DNA of 64,000 nt, from contig JBGPGO010000007.1 in NCBI GenBank assembly GCA_041483895.1, forward strand, positions 131,378-195,377, given 5' to 3'. Shown piece after piece: positions 17,500-26,969 of this stretch. The notes under the pieces are model-generated. The model was not told the origin of the DNA and did no database searches. It saw only the letters and a program-made list of their open reading frames with translations. The DNA is from Fimbriimonadia bacterium (GTDB lineage Bacteria; Armatimonadota; Fimbriimonadia; Fimbriimonadales; JABRVX01). The position numbers were made by a program, and so were the translations under genes. How positions within the stretch are numbered: position 1 is the stretch's first letter; every line of letters begins with the position of its first letter.

Positions 17500-17700
17500 A
17501 TGAGAAAAGAAATTCCAGCGAAAACGATGGCAGTCATCGGCGTTTTGATCGTCGCCGTCTTGGGAATCCTCGTTTGGCAAGTTTTCTTCAAGTCGGGGCC
17601 TACGAGTCCAGCAGAGATCGGAATCGGCGCGCCTGCGCTTCCGGGTGGCGGCACCGTCTCTCCCGGCAGTGGCAGCAACCCGAACGGGTCTGGAAAGTAA
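17500..17700 (+). CDS. Small single-pass membrane protein (66 aa), Gly/Pro/Ser-rich tail
   Basis: ATG preceded by GGAG. One TM helix (MAVIGVLIVAVLGILVWQVFF). Sits upstream of the MoxR operon. No family recognised. Confidence 0.4.
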   Translation: MRKEIPAKTMAVIGVLIVAVLGILVWQVFFKSGPTSPAEIGIGAPALPGGGTVSPGSGSNPNGSGK

Positions 17701-17854
17701 AGCGAGTCAACCGGCCGTTACTATGGGCTTGGCCCTAGGCTCCTTGGCGGAGAGTCGTTCAATCGAATCTCCCATTCGGTTGGCACGGCACTTAACTTCG
17801 TTCGTCAAAGGTATTGTAGAATGCCGGGTATTGGTTGTAATCAGGGGAGGGGAC

Positions 17855-18868
17855 ATGGACGAGCAGGCTCACTTGGCGCAGTTAGACCAGATTCGACAGC
17901 AGTATGAGACGCTGCTCGAGGAAGTTCACAAAGTTATCATTGGCCAAGACGATGTTGTCCGCCATCTGGTGAGCGCGCTCTTTGCGAAGGGACATTGTAT
18001 CGTCATTGGCGTGCCCGGCCTTGCGAAAACCCTTCTTGTGAAAACCCTGGCCCAATGCCTTTCCTGGGACTTCAAACGCATTCAGTTCACTCCCGACCTG
18101 ATGCCCAGCGACATCATCGGCACGGAGATTCTGGACACCGACCCGGCAAGCGGCGGACGCTCTCTTCGTTTCGTCCGGGGTCCGGTCTTCGCCAATGTCA
18201 TCCTCGCTGACGAAATCAACCGCACTCCGCCGAAAACTCAAAGCGCCCTTCTGGAGGCGATGCAGGAGTATGCCGTTACCGTTGCGGGCCACACGATGCC
18301 GCTCGACCCGCCGTTCTTCGTCGTCGCCACGCAAAACCCGATCGAGCAGGAAGGCACCTATCCATTGCCCGAAGCCCAGCTTGACCGGTTTATGTACAGC
18401 CTCTACATCGATTACCCCACCGCCGAGGAAGAGGAAGCGATCGCCGAAAGCACGACGACGAACGAAGTGCCGGAAGCAGGGACCGTGTTCACCAAGGAGG
18501 AACTGCTGAACGCCCAGCGGTTGGTGCGTGAGATTCCCGTCTCGCCGCACGTAGTCAAATACGCCGTCTCCCTCGCCCGTGCCAGCCGGCCCGGTTCTCC
18601 GGAAGCGCCATCGATGATCAAGAAATACTCGCAATGGGGCGCCGGTCCGCGCGCCGCCCAATACCTGCTGCTGGGAGGCAAGGCATTTGCCGTCATGCAA
18701 GGCAAACCAACGCCGACCGCCGCCGACCTGCGCCAGATCGCCCCGCTGGTTCTGCGCCACCGAATCATCCCCAACTACGCCGCGGTTGCCGACGGAATCA
18801 CCGCCGCACACCTCGTCCAGGACCTTTTGCACAATGTGCGGGAGCCCGCGTATGCAACCGAAGGATGA
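17855..18868 (+). CDS. moxR: MoxR-family AAA+ ATPase
   Basis: ATG 17855 follows AGGGGAGGGGA. Walker A GVPGLAKT and Walker B VILADEINR. ...GQDDVVRHLVSALFAKGHCIVIG... is typical of MoxR (AAA_3). The upstream 70 codons of ORF 17645 have no support. Confidence 0.9.
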   Translation: MDEQAHLAQLDQIRQQYETLLEEVHKVIIGQDDVVRHLVSALFAKGHCIVIGVPGLAKTLLVKTLAQCLSWDFKRIQFTPDLMPSDIIGTEILDTDPASGGRSLRFVRGPVFANVILADEINRTPPKTQSALLEAMQEYAVTVAGHTMPLDPPFFVVATQNPIEQEGTYPLPEAQLDRFMYSLYIDYPTAEEEEAIAESTTTNEVPEAGTVFTKEELLNAQRLVREIPVSPHVVKYAVSLARASRPGSPEAPSMIKKYSQWGAGPRAAQYLLLGGKAFAVMQGKPTPTAADLRQIAPLVLRHRIIPNYAAVADGITAAHLVQDLLHNVREPAYATEG

Positions 18869-19787
18869 GATCCCCTCGACTTCGCTCGGGGCAGGTGGCA
18901 CTGGGCGGCGCTTCCTCCAACCCGCGGACCTAAAGCGTCTGCAAAATTTGCAGTTCGCCGCGAAATTGATCGTCGAGGGCTATTTCCAGGGCAAGCACCG
19001 CTCGCCCTATTACGACTTCTCTTCAGAATTCGCCGACTATCGCCCCTACACGCCGGGCGACGAAATCCGTGCCATTGATTGGAGGGCCTTCGCGCGCACG
19101 GATCGCTTCTATATCAAGCTGTATCGCAAAGAGACCGACATGAACTGCTGCGTCCTCGTGGACAAGAGCAATTCCATGGCATTTCGCGGCAGCTCGCCCC
19201 TTACGAAGCTCGAATATGCCAATTTCCTCGCGGCCGCCCTGTCCTATTTAATGATAATGCAGGGGGACAAGACCGGCCTGGCGCTCTGCGACGACAAAAT
19301 GTCCGGCTTCGTGCCCGCCGGCGGCACCATGCGAACGCTCCAGCAAATGCTGGTGACATTGGAGCGCGCCACCCCCGGCGGCCCGACGAAGCTCGCGGAA
19401 GGCCTTCGCGTGCTGTTCAGCCTGCTGAAGCGCAAGGGTCTTCTTGTCGTGATCTCCGATTTCCTGGACGACACGAGCGAGGTCTTTTCCGCCCTCAGCA
19501 TGTTCGCGCATAAGGGCTTTGCTATCTTGCTCTTTCACGTCCTGACCGATGACGAAATGAATCTTCCGCTGGTCAGCAACGCGTTGTTTCAAGACATGGA
19601 ATCGCCCGCGTCCGTTTCCGTGGAGCCGGAACCGATCCGTGCGGCCTATCAGGAGGAGATGCGCGGGTTCATTGCGGAGATGGAATCGAACGCGAAGGCA
19701 CGCAGAATGCACTACCAGCTTGCCACGACAGCCGAACCGTATACCAGAGCTCTCGAAGCCTATCTGACGGCAAGGGCCAGGCTATAA
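18852..19787 (+). CDS. DUF58-family protein (vWA-like, MoxR partner)
   Basis: FADYRPYTPGDEIRAIDWRAFARTDRFYIKLYRKE is the DUF58 signature. MIDAS-like VLVDKSNSM. Overlaps the moxR 3' end by 17 nt. Confidence 0.85.
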   Translation: MQPKDEIPSTSLGAGGTGRRFLQPADLKRLQNLQFAAKLIVEGYFQGKHRSPYYDFSSEFADYRPYTPGDEIRAIDWRAFARTDRFYIKLYRKETDMNCCVLVDKSNSMAFRGSSPLTKLEYANFLAAALSYLMIMQGDKTGLALCDDKMSGFVPAGGTMRTLQQMLVTLERATPGGPTKLAEGLRVLFSLLKRKGLLVVISDFLDDTSEVFSALSMFAHKGFAILLFHVLTDDEMNLPLVSNALFQDMESPASVSVEPEPIRAAYQEEMRGFIAEMESNAKARRMHYQLATTAEPYTRALEAYLTARARL

Positions 19788-21917
19788 ATGTTCTCGTTGC
19801 TAAACGCCGGCCTGTGGCCTTGGATTGCGGCAGCGTCCGTGCCGCTGGTGATCCATTTGTTGACCCGCCGTACTCGCAGACGGATGGACCTGCCGACGGT
19901 GAAGTTTCTGCAGCGCACGCTCGCCCATCAGAGCCGCATCTTTCGCTGGCGGCATTGGCTGCTGCTTGCCCTTCGCACGCTGGCGATTGCCGCGCTGGTT
20001 GTGGCCTTCCTGCGCCCAGCCTTGCTGAGTCCGTTGGCGGCGCAGGGTTTCGAGCGATCCGGCGTGGTTATCGTCCTCGATGTGAGCGAGAGCATGGCCT
20101 ACTCGTCCGGTGGTGTGAGCTCGCTGGCGAAAGCGAAAAGCCAGGCGCTCAGCGTTCTGCAAGACTTGCGGGCCGGCGACCATGCGAACATAGTTTTCTG
20201 CGGCGCTCAGCCAACATCCGCCCAGCCGTCGCCAACCACCGACATCGCCGCTCTTCAGACGAGCGTTCGTTCCATGGAAGCGACCGACGAACGGGCAGAC
20301 GCGGCGTCGGCAATCAATGTGGCGGTCGAGCAGTTGGGAAAGACAAATAGTCGGGCCAAGCGGCTCTATATCATCTCCGATTTCCAGCGAACCAACTGGT
20401 CGGATGTCAAGTTTGACGCGGTGCCCGCCGATGCGAGGGTGCTGTTCGTCAGCGTGGATTCGACCGCGCGCCAAAATGCCGGATTGACCGGTCTCAAAAT
20501 CCGCCCCTCAACTCCGTGCGTCGGCGAGCCGCTGACGGTGCAGGCCGAGGTATTCAACTCTTCCTCCTCGCCCCGCACGGTGCCGGTCACATTCACCCTA
20601 TCGGATCCCTCGGCTCCGCTCGGGACAGGCAGCCGCAACTTCTCGGACAGCGTTCAGCTCGCCCCCTATTCCAGCGGGAACGTTAGCCTGCCGCTCACCT
20701 TCGACGCGCCGCAGCGGATGGAGTGCACAGCCACGCTGCCGCAGGACAATCTGGCCGGCGATAACACACGGCGACTCGTCATCGATCTTGGCCGCATGGC
20801 AACCGTTTTGCTGATCACCGACGAGGACACCAACGCCACCACGAGCGCGGCCTACTATCTGGTTCGTGCCCTCCATCCGGACCCCGGTTCGGTCGCCGGC
20901 TTCCGGGTCTTGCCCGTCCATTCGAACGCGGTCAATAACCCGATGCTGAAGGCGGCGGACGCCGTGATGGTTTGCAATGCGCCGAGCATGCCGCCCGTCC
21001 AACTGGAGGTCCTCGCGAAGTATGCGGTCTCCGGCGGCAGCCTGGTCTGGTTTCTGTACGGCGACCGTGTGGCCGAGCAGATCAAGGGGCTGAGCGCCCA
21101 GTTGCCCAAGTCGGAACCCGCGCCGCTACAGGTGGAGGGGATCGCGAACGTCCAAAGCCGGGCCAAGGGATTTGTGACGCTATCCGAGGCGCGATACGAG
21201 AGCAAGCTGCTGAAGGCGTTTCGCGATCTCACTGCGTCAGATCTCGGCCATATCAAGTTCTACAAATTCAGCCTGACGAGCGAGGTGCAGCCGCGCGCTG
21301 AATTGCTGCTGAAATTTGAGGACGGGACGGCGGCGGCGGTCCGGTGCGGGGAGGGCAGCGGCAACCTGTTGCTTCTCAACATGTCCCCCGCGCCGTCCTG
21401 GAGCGACCTTGCAAGGCAACAGATATTTTTGCCGCTCATGCACGAATTTCTTAAAGGAATCCTCGCCAAAGATTCCGGTGCTTTGGAAGCGTTTCCCGGC
21501 GGCACGGCCTCCACCACGATTGAGCCGACATCCGCCACTCTTACGTGCGTCGATCCGCTTGGACAGGTAGTGCCGGTAACCATGGACAAGACGACCGGCT
21601 CCATCGTGATCGATCCGGCGCGTCGGGCGGGTATCTACCACTTGACCGCGGGCGCGCAAGAGGTGGCCGCTCTCGCCGTCAACCCGCACCCGGACGAGTC
21701 CGATCTCCGCTCAATTGATCCGCGCGAACTTGAGTCGCAGCGGGAGAAGTCCCGCTCCTATCTCACCGGCTCGACAGGCAATGACCCGGACGTCAGCGAT
21801 CTCGACAAGGGCACGCCGATCTGGCACTATCTGCTGATATTCGCGATTGCAGCACTGTTCGCGGAGCAGGCCGTTGGCCGCGTGGGCGTGCGATCGCGCA
21901 AGGGGAAGACGGCATGA
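19788..21917 (+). CDS. BatA-N-terminal-domain + vWA membrane protein
   Basis: N-terminus LWPWIAAASVPLVIHLLTRRTRRRMDLPTVKFL resembles the aerotolerance regulator N-terminal domain. MIDAS VIVLDVSESM. C-terminal TM helix. The ATG abuts the previous TAA. Confidence 0.8.
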   Translation: MFSLLNAGLWPWIAAASVPLVIHLLTRRTRRRMDLPTVKFLQRTLAHQSRIFRWRHWLLLALRTLAIAALVVAFLRPALLSPLAAQGFERSGVVIVLDVSESMAYSSGGVSSLAKAKSQALSVLQDLRAGDHANIVFCGAQPTSAQPSPTTDIAALQTSVRSMEATDERADAASAINVAVEQLGKTNSRAKRLYIISDFQRTNWSDVKFDAVPADARVLFVSVDSTARQNAGLTGLKIRPSTPCVGEPLTVQAEVFNSSSSPRTVPVTFTLSDPSAPLGTGSRNFSDSVQLAPYSSGNVSLPLTFDAPQRMECTATLPQDNLAGDNTRRLVIDLGRMATVLLITDEDTNATTSAAYYLVRALHPDPGSVAGFRVLPVHSNAVNNPMLKAADAVMVCNAPSMPPVQLEVLAKYAVSGGSLVWFLYGDRVAEQIKGLSAQLPKSEPAPLQVEGIANVQSRAKGFVTLSEARYESKLLKAFRDLTASDLGHIKFYKFSLTSEVQPRAELLLKFEDGTAAAVRCGEGSGNLLLLNMSPAPSWSDLARQQIFLPLMHEFLKGILAKDSGALEAFPGGTASTTIEPTSATLTCVDPLGQVVPVTMDKTTGSIVIDPARRAGIYHLTAGAQEVAALAVNPHPDESDLRSIDPRELESQREKSRSYLTGSTGNDPDVSDLDKGTPIWHYLLIFAIAALFAEQAVGRVGVRSRKGKTA

Positions 21918-24124
21918 GCTTCTCCCCCATCTTCCCCCTTCTGCAGGTGATCGTATTTGGTTTGATCGCTGTCGGCATTGCGTTTGCGCTGTATCGAAGG
22001 GATGAAAGAGTCGGCCCGCGCTCGCTCGTACTCGCCGTTCTGCGCGCGGTCGCGGTAGCGGGGATCTTCATGCTGCTGCTGAACCCAATTCTCTCGCGCC
22101 CGGAAGACCAGCCGACCGGCAAGCCGCCGCTGATGGTGCTGGTGGATACGTCTCACAGCATGGCGGTCAAGGATGTCGGGACTGGCAGTCGCTTCGATGC
22201 GGCAAAGCGTCAGGTTTTCGACAACCAGCCCCTCCTCCGCGCCCTGTCGCGCAAATACACGCCGATCTTTTTCCGATTGGATTCCGATGCCACGAGACAA
22301 GACCCGACTGCGCTGGATAAGCTGGAGAATCCCGATGGTACGCGGACGTGCATCGGCGAGGGCATCGCGCATGCCCTCAGCGCCGCGGGGGATTCGCGCA
22401 TGGGTGGCATCTTGCTGCTTTCCGACGGGCGCAACAACGGCGACCTCAGCCCCGCCGATATCGCCAAGCAGGCCAAAATGCGAAAGTTTCCGGTCTTCAC
22501 CGTCTGCCTCGGTCAAAAGTCGAACACGAAAGACGTTGGCGTCGCCGTCCGACGATCGCAGGTGTACGCCGCCCCGGATCAGGAGGTGACGATTGACGCG
22601 GACATCACCTGCAGCGGATACGGGTCTGCGCAGGCTCAGGTCCAGCTCCTCCGGGACGGCAAGCTGATGGCAAATCGGACGGTGGGGATCAGCGACAGCG
22701 CCCATTCCAACGTCAGCTTTCCCGTCAAGGAGTCGCAAAAGGGTCTTTATCGGTATTCCATTGTTGTCCAGAAGCTGCCGGGCGAGGTGATTGCCAGCAA
22801 CAACAGGGCCTCCGCCCTTGTCAACGTGCTCAAAGCCAACACCCGAGTCCTGGTCCTCGAAGGCAGGCCGACCTGGGACGCCAAGTTCCTGATCCAGGCG
22901 CTCCACTCCGATCCGAGCGTGCAATTGGATGCGATCTTCAAGCTGACCGACACTCGGTTCTTTGCGGTGCGCGCCGCCGAGACCGGCGAGACTACCTCCG
23001 CAAGCATGAAGATGCCCACCTCCCCCGCCGAGCTTGCGAAATATGACGTGATCATCATCGGCAAGGGGTTTGAGGAGTTCTTTACCGACGCGACCGCCGA
23101 TTCGATCCGCACCTACGTTACGGAAAGCGGCGGCAATCTAATTTTGTTCCGGGGTAAGGCGGAGGATCGTTCGACGACCCTCGCATCGTTGGAGCCCGTG
23201 ACATGGAGCGACGATCAGGTGCGCGATTTCCGCATGAAGCTGACCGCCGACGGACTCACGAATCCGGCCTTCACATTCAATGGCGAGGGCGATTCTGAAA
23301 CCATTGTCCAGGCCCTCCCGACGCTGATCTCCGCGACAAGGGTGGAGAAGGAGAAGGCGCTCTCGGTGGTCCTTGCCCGCGCAAACGGCGTTGCGAACGC
23401 CGGCCAGCCGAACAAAGAGATGGCGGTGCTGGCGTATCAGGACTTCGGCACGGGTCTCGTGGTTTCACTCATCGGCCAGGGGCTCTGGCGATGGGCTCTG
23501 CTACCGCCGGAGCTGGCCAAGTACTCGAAATGTTATAGCGATTTTTGGACCCAGCTCATTCGGTGGCTGGTCAGTCGCTCCGACTTCCTGCCGGGCCAAA
23601 ACGTCTCGCTGAAAACCGACCACCTGAACTATTCCCCCGGCGAGGCCGTCAACCTGATGGCCTTCGTCCGCGGAAAGAAGCCGGACTCGCTGGCGCCTGT
23701 CTCGATCACGGGCCCGGACGGCCAGCCGGTGAAGGTGTCGCTCAGCAAGGCGGGCGGCAAACAGGCGGATTTCCTCGGAGTTTTCCGGCCAAAGGCGCCG
23801 GGCGACTACATCGCGACGCTGGCGACGCAGACCCGGAGCGGGGGCCAGATCACCGTCCCGTTCGCGGTGTTTGAGCGGCGCGAAGAGGACCTGAATACGT
23901 CGGCCGATCCGGGGCTGATGCGACAGATCGCGATGGCCGGCGGCGGCGAAGAGCTGACGCTTGACCAATTGAACGGTCTGCCGGCCAAATTAAAGGAAGC
24001 GCAGGCCCTGCTTGTGACGAAAACGGAGCCGCAAAGCGCCTGGGATCGATGGTGGGTGCTGGCAATCATCCTTGGTATCCTCAGCGCGGAATGGATCCTG
24101 CGGCGAAGAATGGGTATGGTGTAA
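21914..24124 (+). CDS. Membrane vWA-domain protein with GATase1-like C-terminal region (BatB-like)
   Basis: Two N-terminal TM helices, MIDAS LMVLVDTSHSM, a VLVLEGRPTWDAKFL block and a C-terminal TM helix (WWVLAIILGILSAEWIL). ATGA overlap with the upstream gene. Confidence 0.75.
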   Translation: MSFSPIFPLLQVIVFGLIAVGIAFALYRRDERVGPRSLVLAVLRAVAVAGIFMLLLNPILSRPEDQPTGKPPLMVLVDTSHSMAVKDVGTGSRFDAAKRQVFDNQPLLRALSRKYTPIFFRLDSDATRQDPTALDKLENPDGTRTCIGEGIAHALSAAGDSRMGGILLLSDGRNNGDLSPADIAKQAKMRKFPVFTVCLGQKSNTKDVGVAVRRSQVYAAPDQEVTIDADITCSGYGSAQAQVQLLRDGKLMANRTVGISDSAHSNVSFPVKESQKGLYRYSIVVQKLPGEVIASNNRASALVNVLKANTRVLVLEGRPTWDAKFLIQALHSDPSVQLDAIFKLTDTRFFAVRAAETGETTSASMKMPTSPAELAKYDVIIIGKGFEEFFTDATADSIRTYVTESGGNLILFRGKAEDRSTTLASLEPVTWSDDQVRDFRMKLTADGLTNPAFTFNGEGDSETIVQALPTLISATRVEKEKALSVVLARANGVANAGQPNKEMAVLAYQDFGTGLVVSLIGQGLWRWALLPPELAKYSKCYSDFWTQLIRWLVSRSDFLPGQNVSLKTDHLNYSPGEAVNLMAFVRGKKPDSLAPVSITGPDGQPVKVSLSKAGGKQADFLGVFRPKAPGDYIATLATQTRSGGQITVPFAVFERREEDLNTSADPGLMRQIAMAGGGEELTLDQLNGLPAKLKEAQALLVTKTEPQSAWDRWWVLAIILGILSAEWILRRRMGMV

Positions 24125-24128
24125 TGCA

Positions 24129-26969
24129 ATGATCCGATCGCACGTTTTCCCTGTGACCAACCTCAGAGCGGCCCTCCTGAAGACCGCCGGCCGCATCCGC
24201 GAGACCACCGTCCGCGAGGCATCCTACGGACTCGCTTGGCGCTGGCTTGCCATGCTCGGCGGCCTGTTCCTTCTGGACCTGATGTTCGCATTGCCGGTCT
24301 GGCTGCGATGGGCGGGGCTGCTCGGGCAGGGATGGTTCGTGTATCGTGGCGTGCAGGAGATTCGCCGGTCGGGGCATCGTGCGAAATTGGAAGATCAGCG
24401 GGCGGCCCGCGTCGTCGAGGAGAGCCATCCGGAGCTGGATAACGCGCTGATCAATGCGGTGCAATTTGAAGACAAGATCGACGCCGCTCCTGAAGCGCAG
24501 GCCCCGTTGATGCGGCGCGAAATTGAACGGGCGGAGTCGGCGATTGCCGGCGTTTCGCTCGAGGAGACGGTGTCACGGGACGGGGAGCGGCGGTCCTTCC
24601 GAAAGATGGCGGGTTTCGCGGGCGTGTGGCTGCTTGTGGCGGTTCTGTTCCCTGGGGCGTTCTTTGCCGTCATGCCGCGTCTGTTCGCGCCATGGCTGGA
24701 CGATATCACTCCGCCGTTTTCATTGACCAAATTCGACGTGATGCCGCACGGCGCGTCGGTCCGATTCGGCGACCCGCTCACTTTGAACATCTCGGTCTCC
24801 GGCCCCATTCCGGACAACATCGTCTTGATGACCCGGACGAAGGATACCGATTGGCGCAGCGTGGCGCTTGAAAGCACCGAAGCAGGCCATTACGCGGTCA
24901 CGCTCGATTCGCTGCGAGAGGACACATGGTACTGCGCGCAGGGTGGCGGCGCGCGCAGCGCCCGATGGCTGGCGAAAGTGATCCTCCCGCCTACCGCCGA
25001 ATCCATCACGGCCTCCTACGTCTATCCGCGCTACGTCAACCGCCAATCCAACACGGAAACCGTCGGGGATGCGGGAATTCACGCTCTGTTCAACACGGAT
25101 GTTCGGCTGAAGATCAGCGCCAATCGCGACCTCAGCGGCGGCACGCTGACCCTGACCTTTGCGGACGGAGAGACCGAGCGCGTGGACGTGCTGGTCGATC
25201 CGAAAAGTCATCGCCAGGCGATCACAACGTTCCGCCTCACCCGCTCCGGCAAATTCACGTTGATGCTGGCCGGCGACGACAACCAGGTCAATCCGGAGGC
25301 GGCGAAGGGCAAGCTGACGGTCGAGCACGATCAGCATCCGACGGTTTGGATCGACGCGCCCGGCCAAGAGCTTCTCGTCACGCCGGAAATGAAACTCGCC
25401 ATCGGCGTGGAGGCCGAGGACGATGTCGGGGTTCAGACGCTGGAAATCCATCGCACGATCAACGACCTTGCGGACACGCAGGACATCCTCCACAATGGCC
25501 CGCCGCTCAAGAAGGTCGGCAGCCGGCTGGTGATGGACCTGGCCGATCTCGGCGTTCGGCCCGGAGACCAGATCACCTACTATGCCGCCGCCTACGACAA
25601 CGATCCGGGGCGGCCGAACTACGCCGAAACCGATCCGTACAAGCTGAAGGTGGTATCGAAAGAGGAGTATATCAAGGCGCTCAAGGATCAGCAGGACGCG
25701 GAGCGACTGAGCAAAGACATGCAGGACATTGTCGAAGCGACCCAGGAACTGGCCAAGCAGCAGCGCGAGCTCGCGGAAAAGATGCAGAAAATCAAGAACG
25801 AATTGGCCAAGAAGCCCGGCGATGCAGCCTTGCAAAAGCAGCTTCAGCAGGCACAGGCGGAACAGAAGGAATTGCAACAGGCCGCGCAAGAATTCGCCGA
25901 CCAGCTCAGCGCCTACGCCAAGTCGCCGAGCAACTCCGATTTGGAGGCCGCGTTGAAAAAGAAGATCGGCGAGATGTCTCAGAAGATCGGGCAGGCGGCG
26001 CAAGGGCCGATGCAGCAGGCACAGAGCGGGACCCCGGGCGAGGCCGCGGATGCCGCCAAGAAGGCCGCCGAAATGCTGAGCCAGGTGAACGGCCAGATGC
26101 AGCAGCAGGTGGCCAAGAGCATCCAGAATTTGGAAAAGGTCGCGCCGCTCTTTAATGACGTCGAGCGATTCAAAGAGCTTTTGACTCGCCAAGGACAACT
26201 CGTTCTGCAGGCGCGCCAATTCCAGGATCGCGCCGCCACCGATGCGACGGCCAAGGCGCGCATGGATCATATCGCCACGGAGCAGGAGCAGATTCGACAA
26301 GAGCTTCAACAGCTCCAACAGGATTTCCGCGCCCATGCCACCGCCGCGCAGAAAGATTTCCCCAAAGCCGCCGCGTCCGCGCGAAAGATCGCCGATGAGA
26401 TCGGCCGCCGGCAGATCGCCAATCTGATGCAGGCAGGGACAGACAAGTTCCACGAATACCAAGGACCGGAAGGATTCCAAAACGCCCAGCGCGCCCTCCA
26501 GGAGATGGAGGCGATGATGAGCAATTGCCAAGCATGTCAGAGCAATTGTGAAGGGGAGCTCGACATCGCGCTGGGCCGGAGCCTCGGCCAATCCGGCCTC
26601 GGCGACAGCCTCTCGCAGTGCATGGGAAACAGTCCCGGCACGGGGCAAGGGGGTGGCAACGCATCCGGCCGCGGCGGGATGGGTGGCGGGTCGGTGGGGC
26701 AGACCGGTGGCGGCTATACGATGCGCGGTCCGATGGCATATGTTCCGTCCGTTCGCAGCTTAGGCGGCGCGGCGGGCGTCAAGCGCGCAAAGAATCCAAA
26801 CGGGATGGCGCGAACGCCGGCGGAGCTTGCCCCCGACCATGTCGAGACCATGGGCTCCAATGTCAAGACGCCGCCAAAGGCATCCGACGCCGCGAATCGC
26901 GCATACCCGCCGGAATACCGCAAGATGATCAACGACTACTTCATCTCGGTCTCAAAGGAAAAGCGATGA
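24129..26969 (+). CDS. Large membrane-anchored protein, DUF4175-like, with long Q/A/K/E-rich coiled coil and Gly-rich tail
   Basis: The ATG at 24129 lies 4 nt after the previous stop. N-terminal TM pair (LAWRWLAMLGGLFLLDLMFALPVWL). The central beta-rich region is followed by ~250 aa of heptad-like Q/A/E/K sequence, then a GGGNASGRGGMGGGSVGQTGGG tail. Confidence 0.7.
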   Translation: MIRSHVFPVTNLRAALLKTAGRIRETTVREASYGLAWRWLAMLGGLFLLDLMFALPVWLRWAGLLGQGWFVYRGVQEIRRSGHRAKLEDQRAARVVEESHPELDNALINAVQFEDKIDAAPEAQAPLMRREIERAESAIAGVSLEETVSRDGERRSFRKMAGFAGVWLLVAVLFPGAFFAVMPRLFAPWLDDITPPFSLTKFDVMPHGASVRFGDPLTLNISVSGPIPDNIVLMTRTKDTDWRSVALESTEAGHYAVTLDSLREDTWYCAQGGGARSARWLAKVILPPTAESITASYVYPRYVNRQSNTETVGDAGIHALFNTDVRLKISANRDLSGGTLTLTFADGETERVDVLVDPKSHRQAITTFRLTRSGKFTLMLAGDDNQVNPEAAKGKLTVEHDQHPTVWIDAPGQELLVTPEMKLAIGVEAEDDVGVQTLEIHRTINDLADTQDILHNGPPLKKVGSRLVMDLADLGVRPGDQITYYAAAYDNDPGRPNYAETDPYKLKVVSKEEYIKALKDQQDAERLSKDMQDIVEATQELAKQQRELAEKMQKIKNELAKKPGDAALQKQLQQAQAEQKELQQAAQEFADQLSAYAKSPSNSDLEAALKKKIGEMSQKIGQAAQGPMQQAQSGTPGEAADAAKKAAEMLSQVNGQMQQQVAKSIQNLEKVAPLFNDVERFKELLTRQGQLVLQARQFQDRAATDATAKARMDHIATEQEQIRQELQQLQQDFRAHATAAQKDFPKAAASARKIADEIGRRQIANLMQAGTDKFHEYQGPEGFQNAQRALQEMEAMMSNCQACQSNCEGELDIALGRSLGQSGLGDSLSQCMGNSPGTGQGGGNASGRGGMGGGSVGQTGGGYTMRGPMAYVPSVRSLGGAAGVKRAKNPNGMARTPAELAPDHVETMGSNVKTPPKASDAANRAYPPEYRKMINDYFISVSKEKR

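Noticed and set aside
17882-18901. 339-aa minus-strand ORF opposite moxR. Similar long antisense ORFs occur at 21827-22924, 34145-35065, 35635-36426, 36144-37079, 44862-45626, 46446-47330, 47507-48463, 59598-60491 and 55-1047.
   Set aside because: Each overlaps a gene with strong family motifs on the other strand or frame. All are Arg/Gly/Pro-rich translations typical of off-frame GC-rich sequence.
24720-26648. 642-aa ORF on the minus strand, the longest unannotated ORF in the track
   Set aside because: It lies entirely antisense to the DUF4175-like gene. The translation is low-complexity (L/R/G/A-rich), with no motifs, start context or RBS. This is a typical shadow ORF of GC-rich coding DNA.
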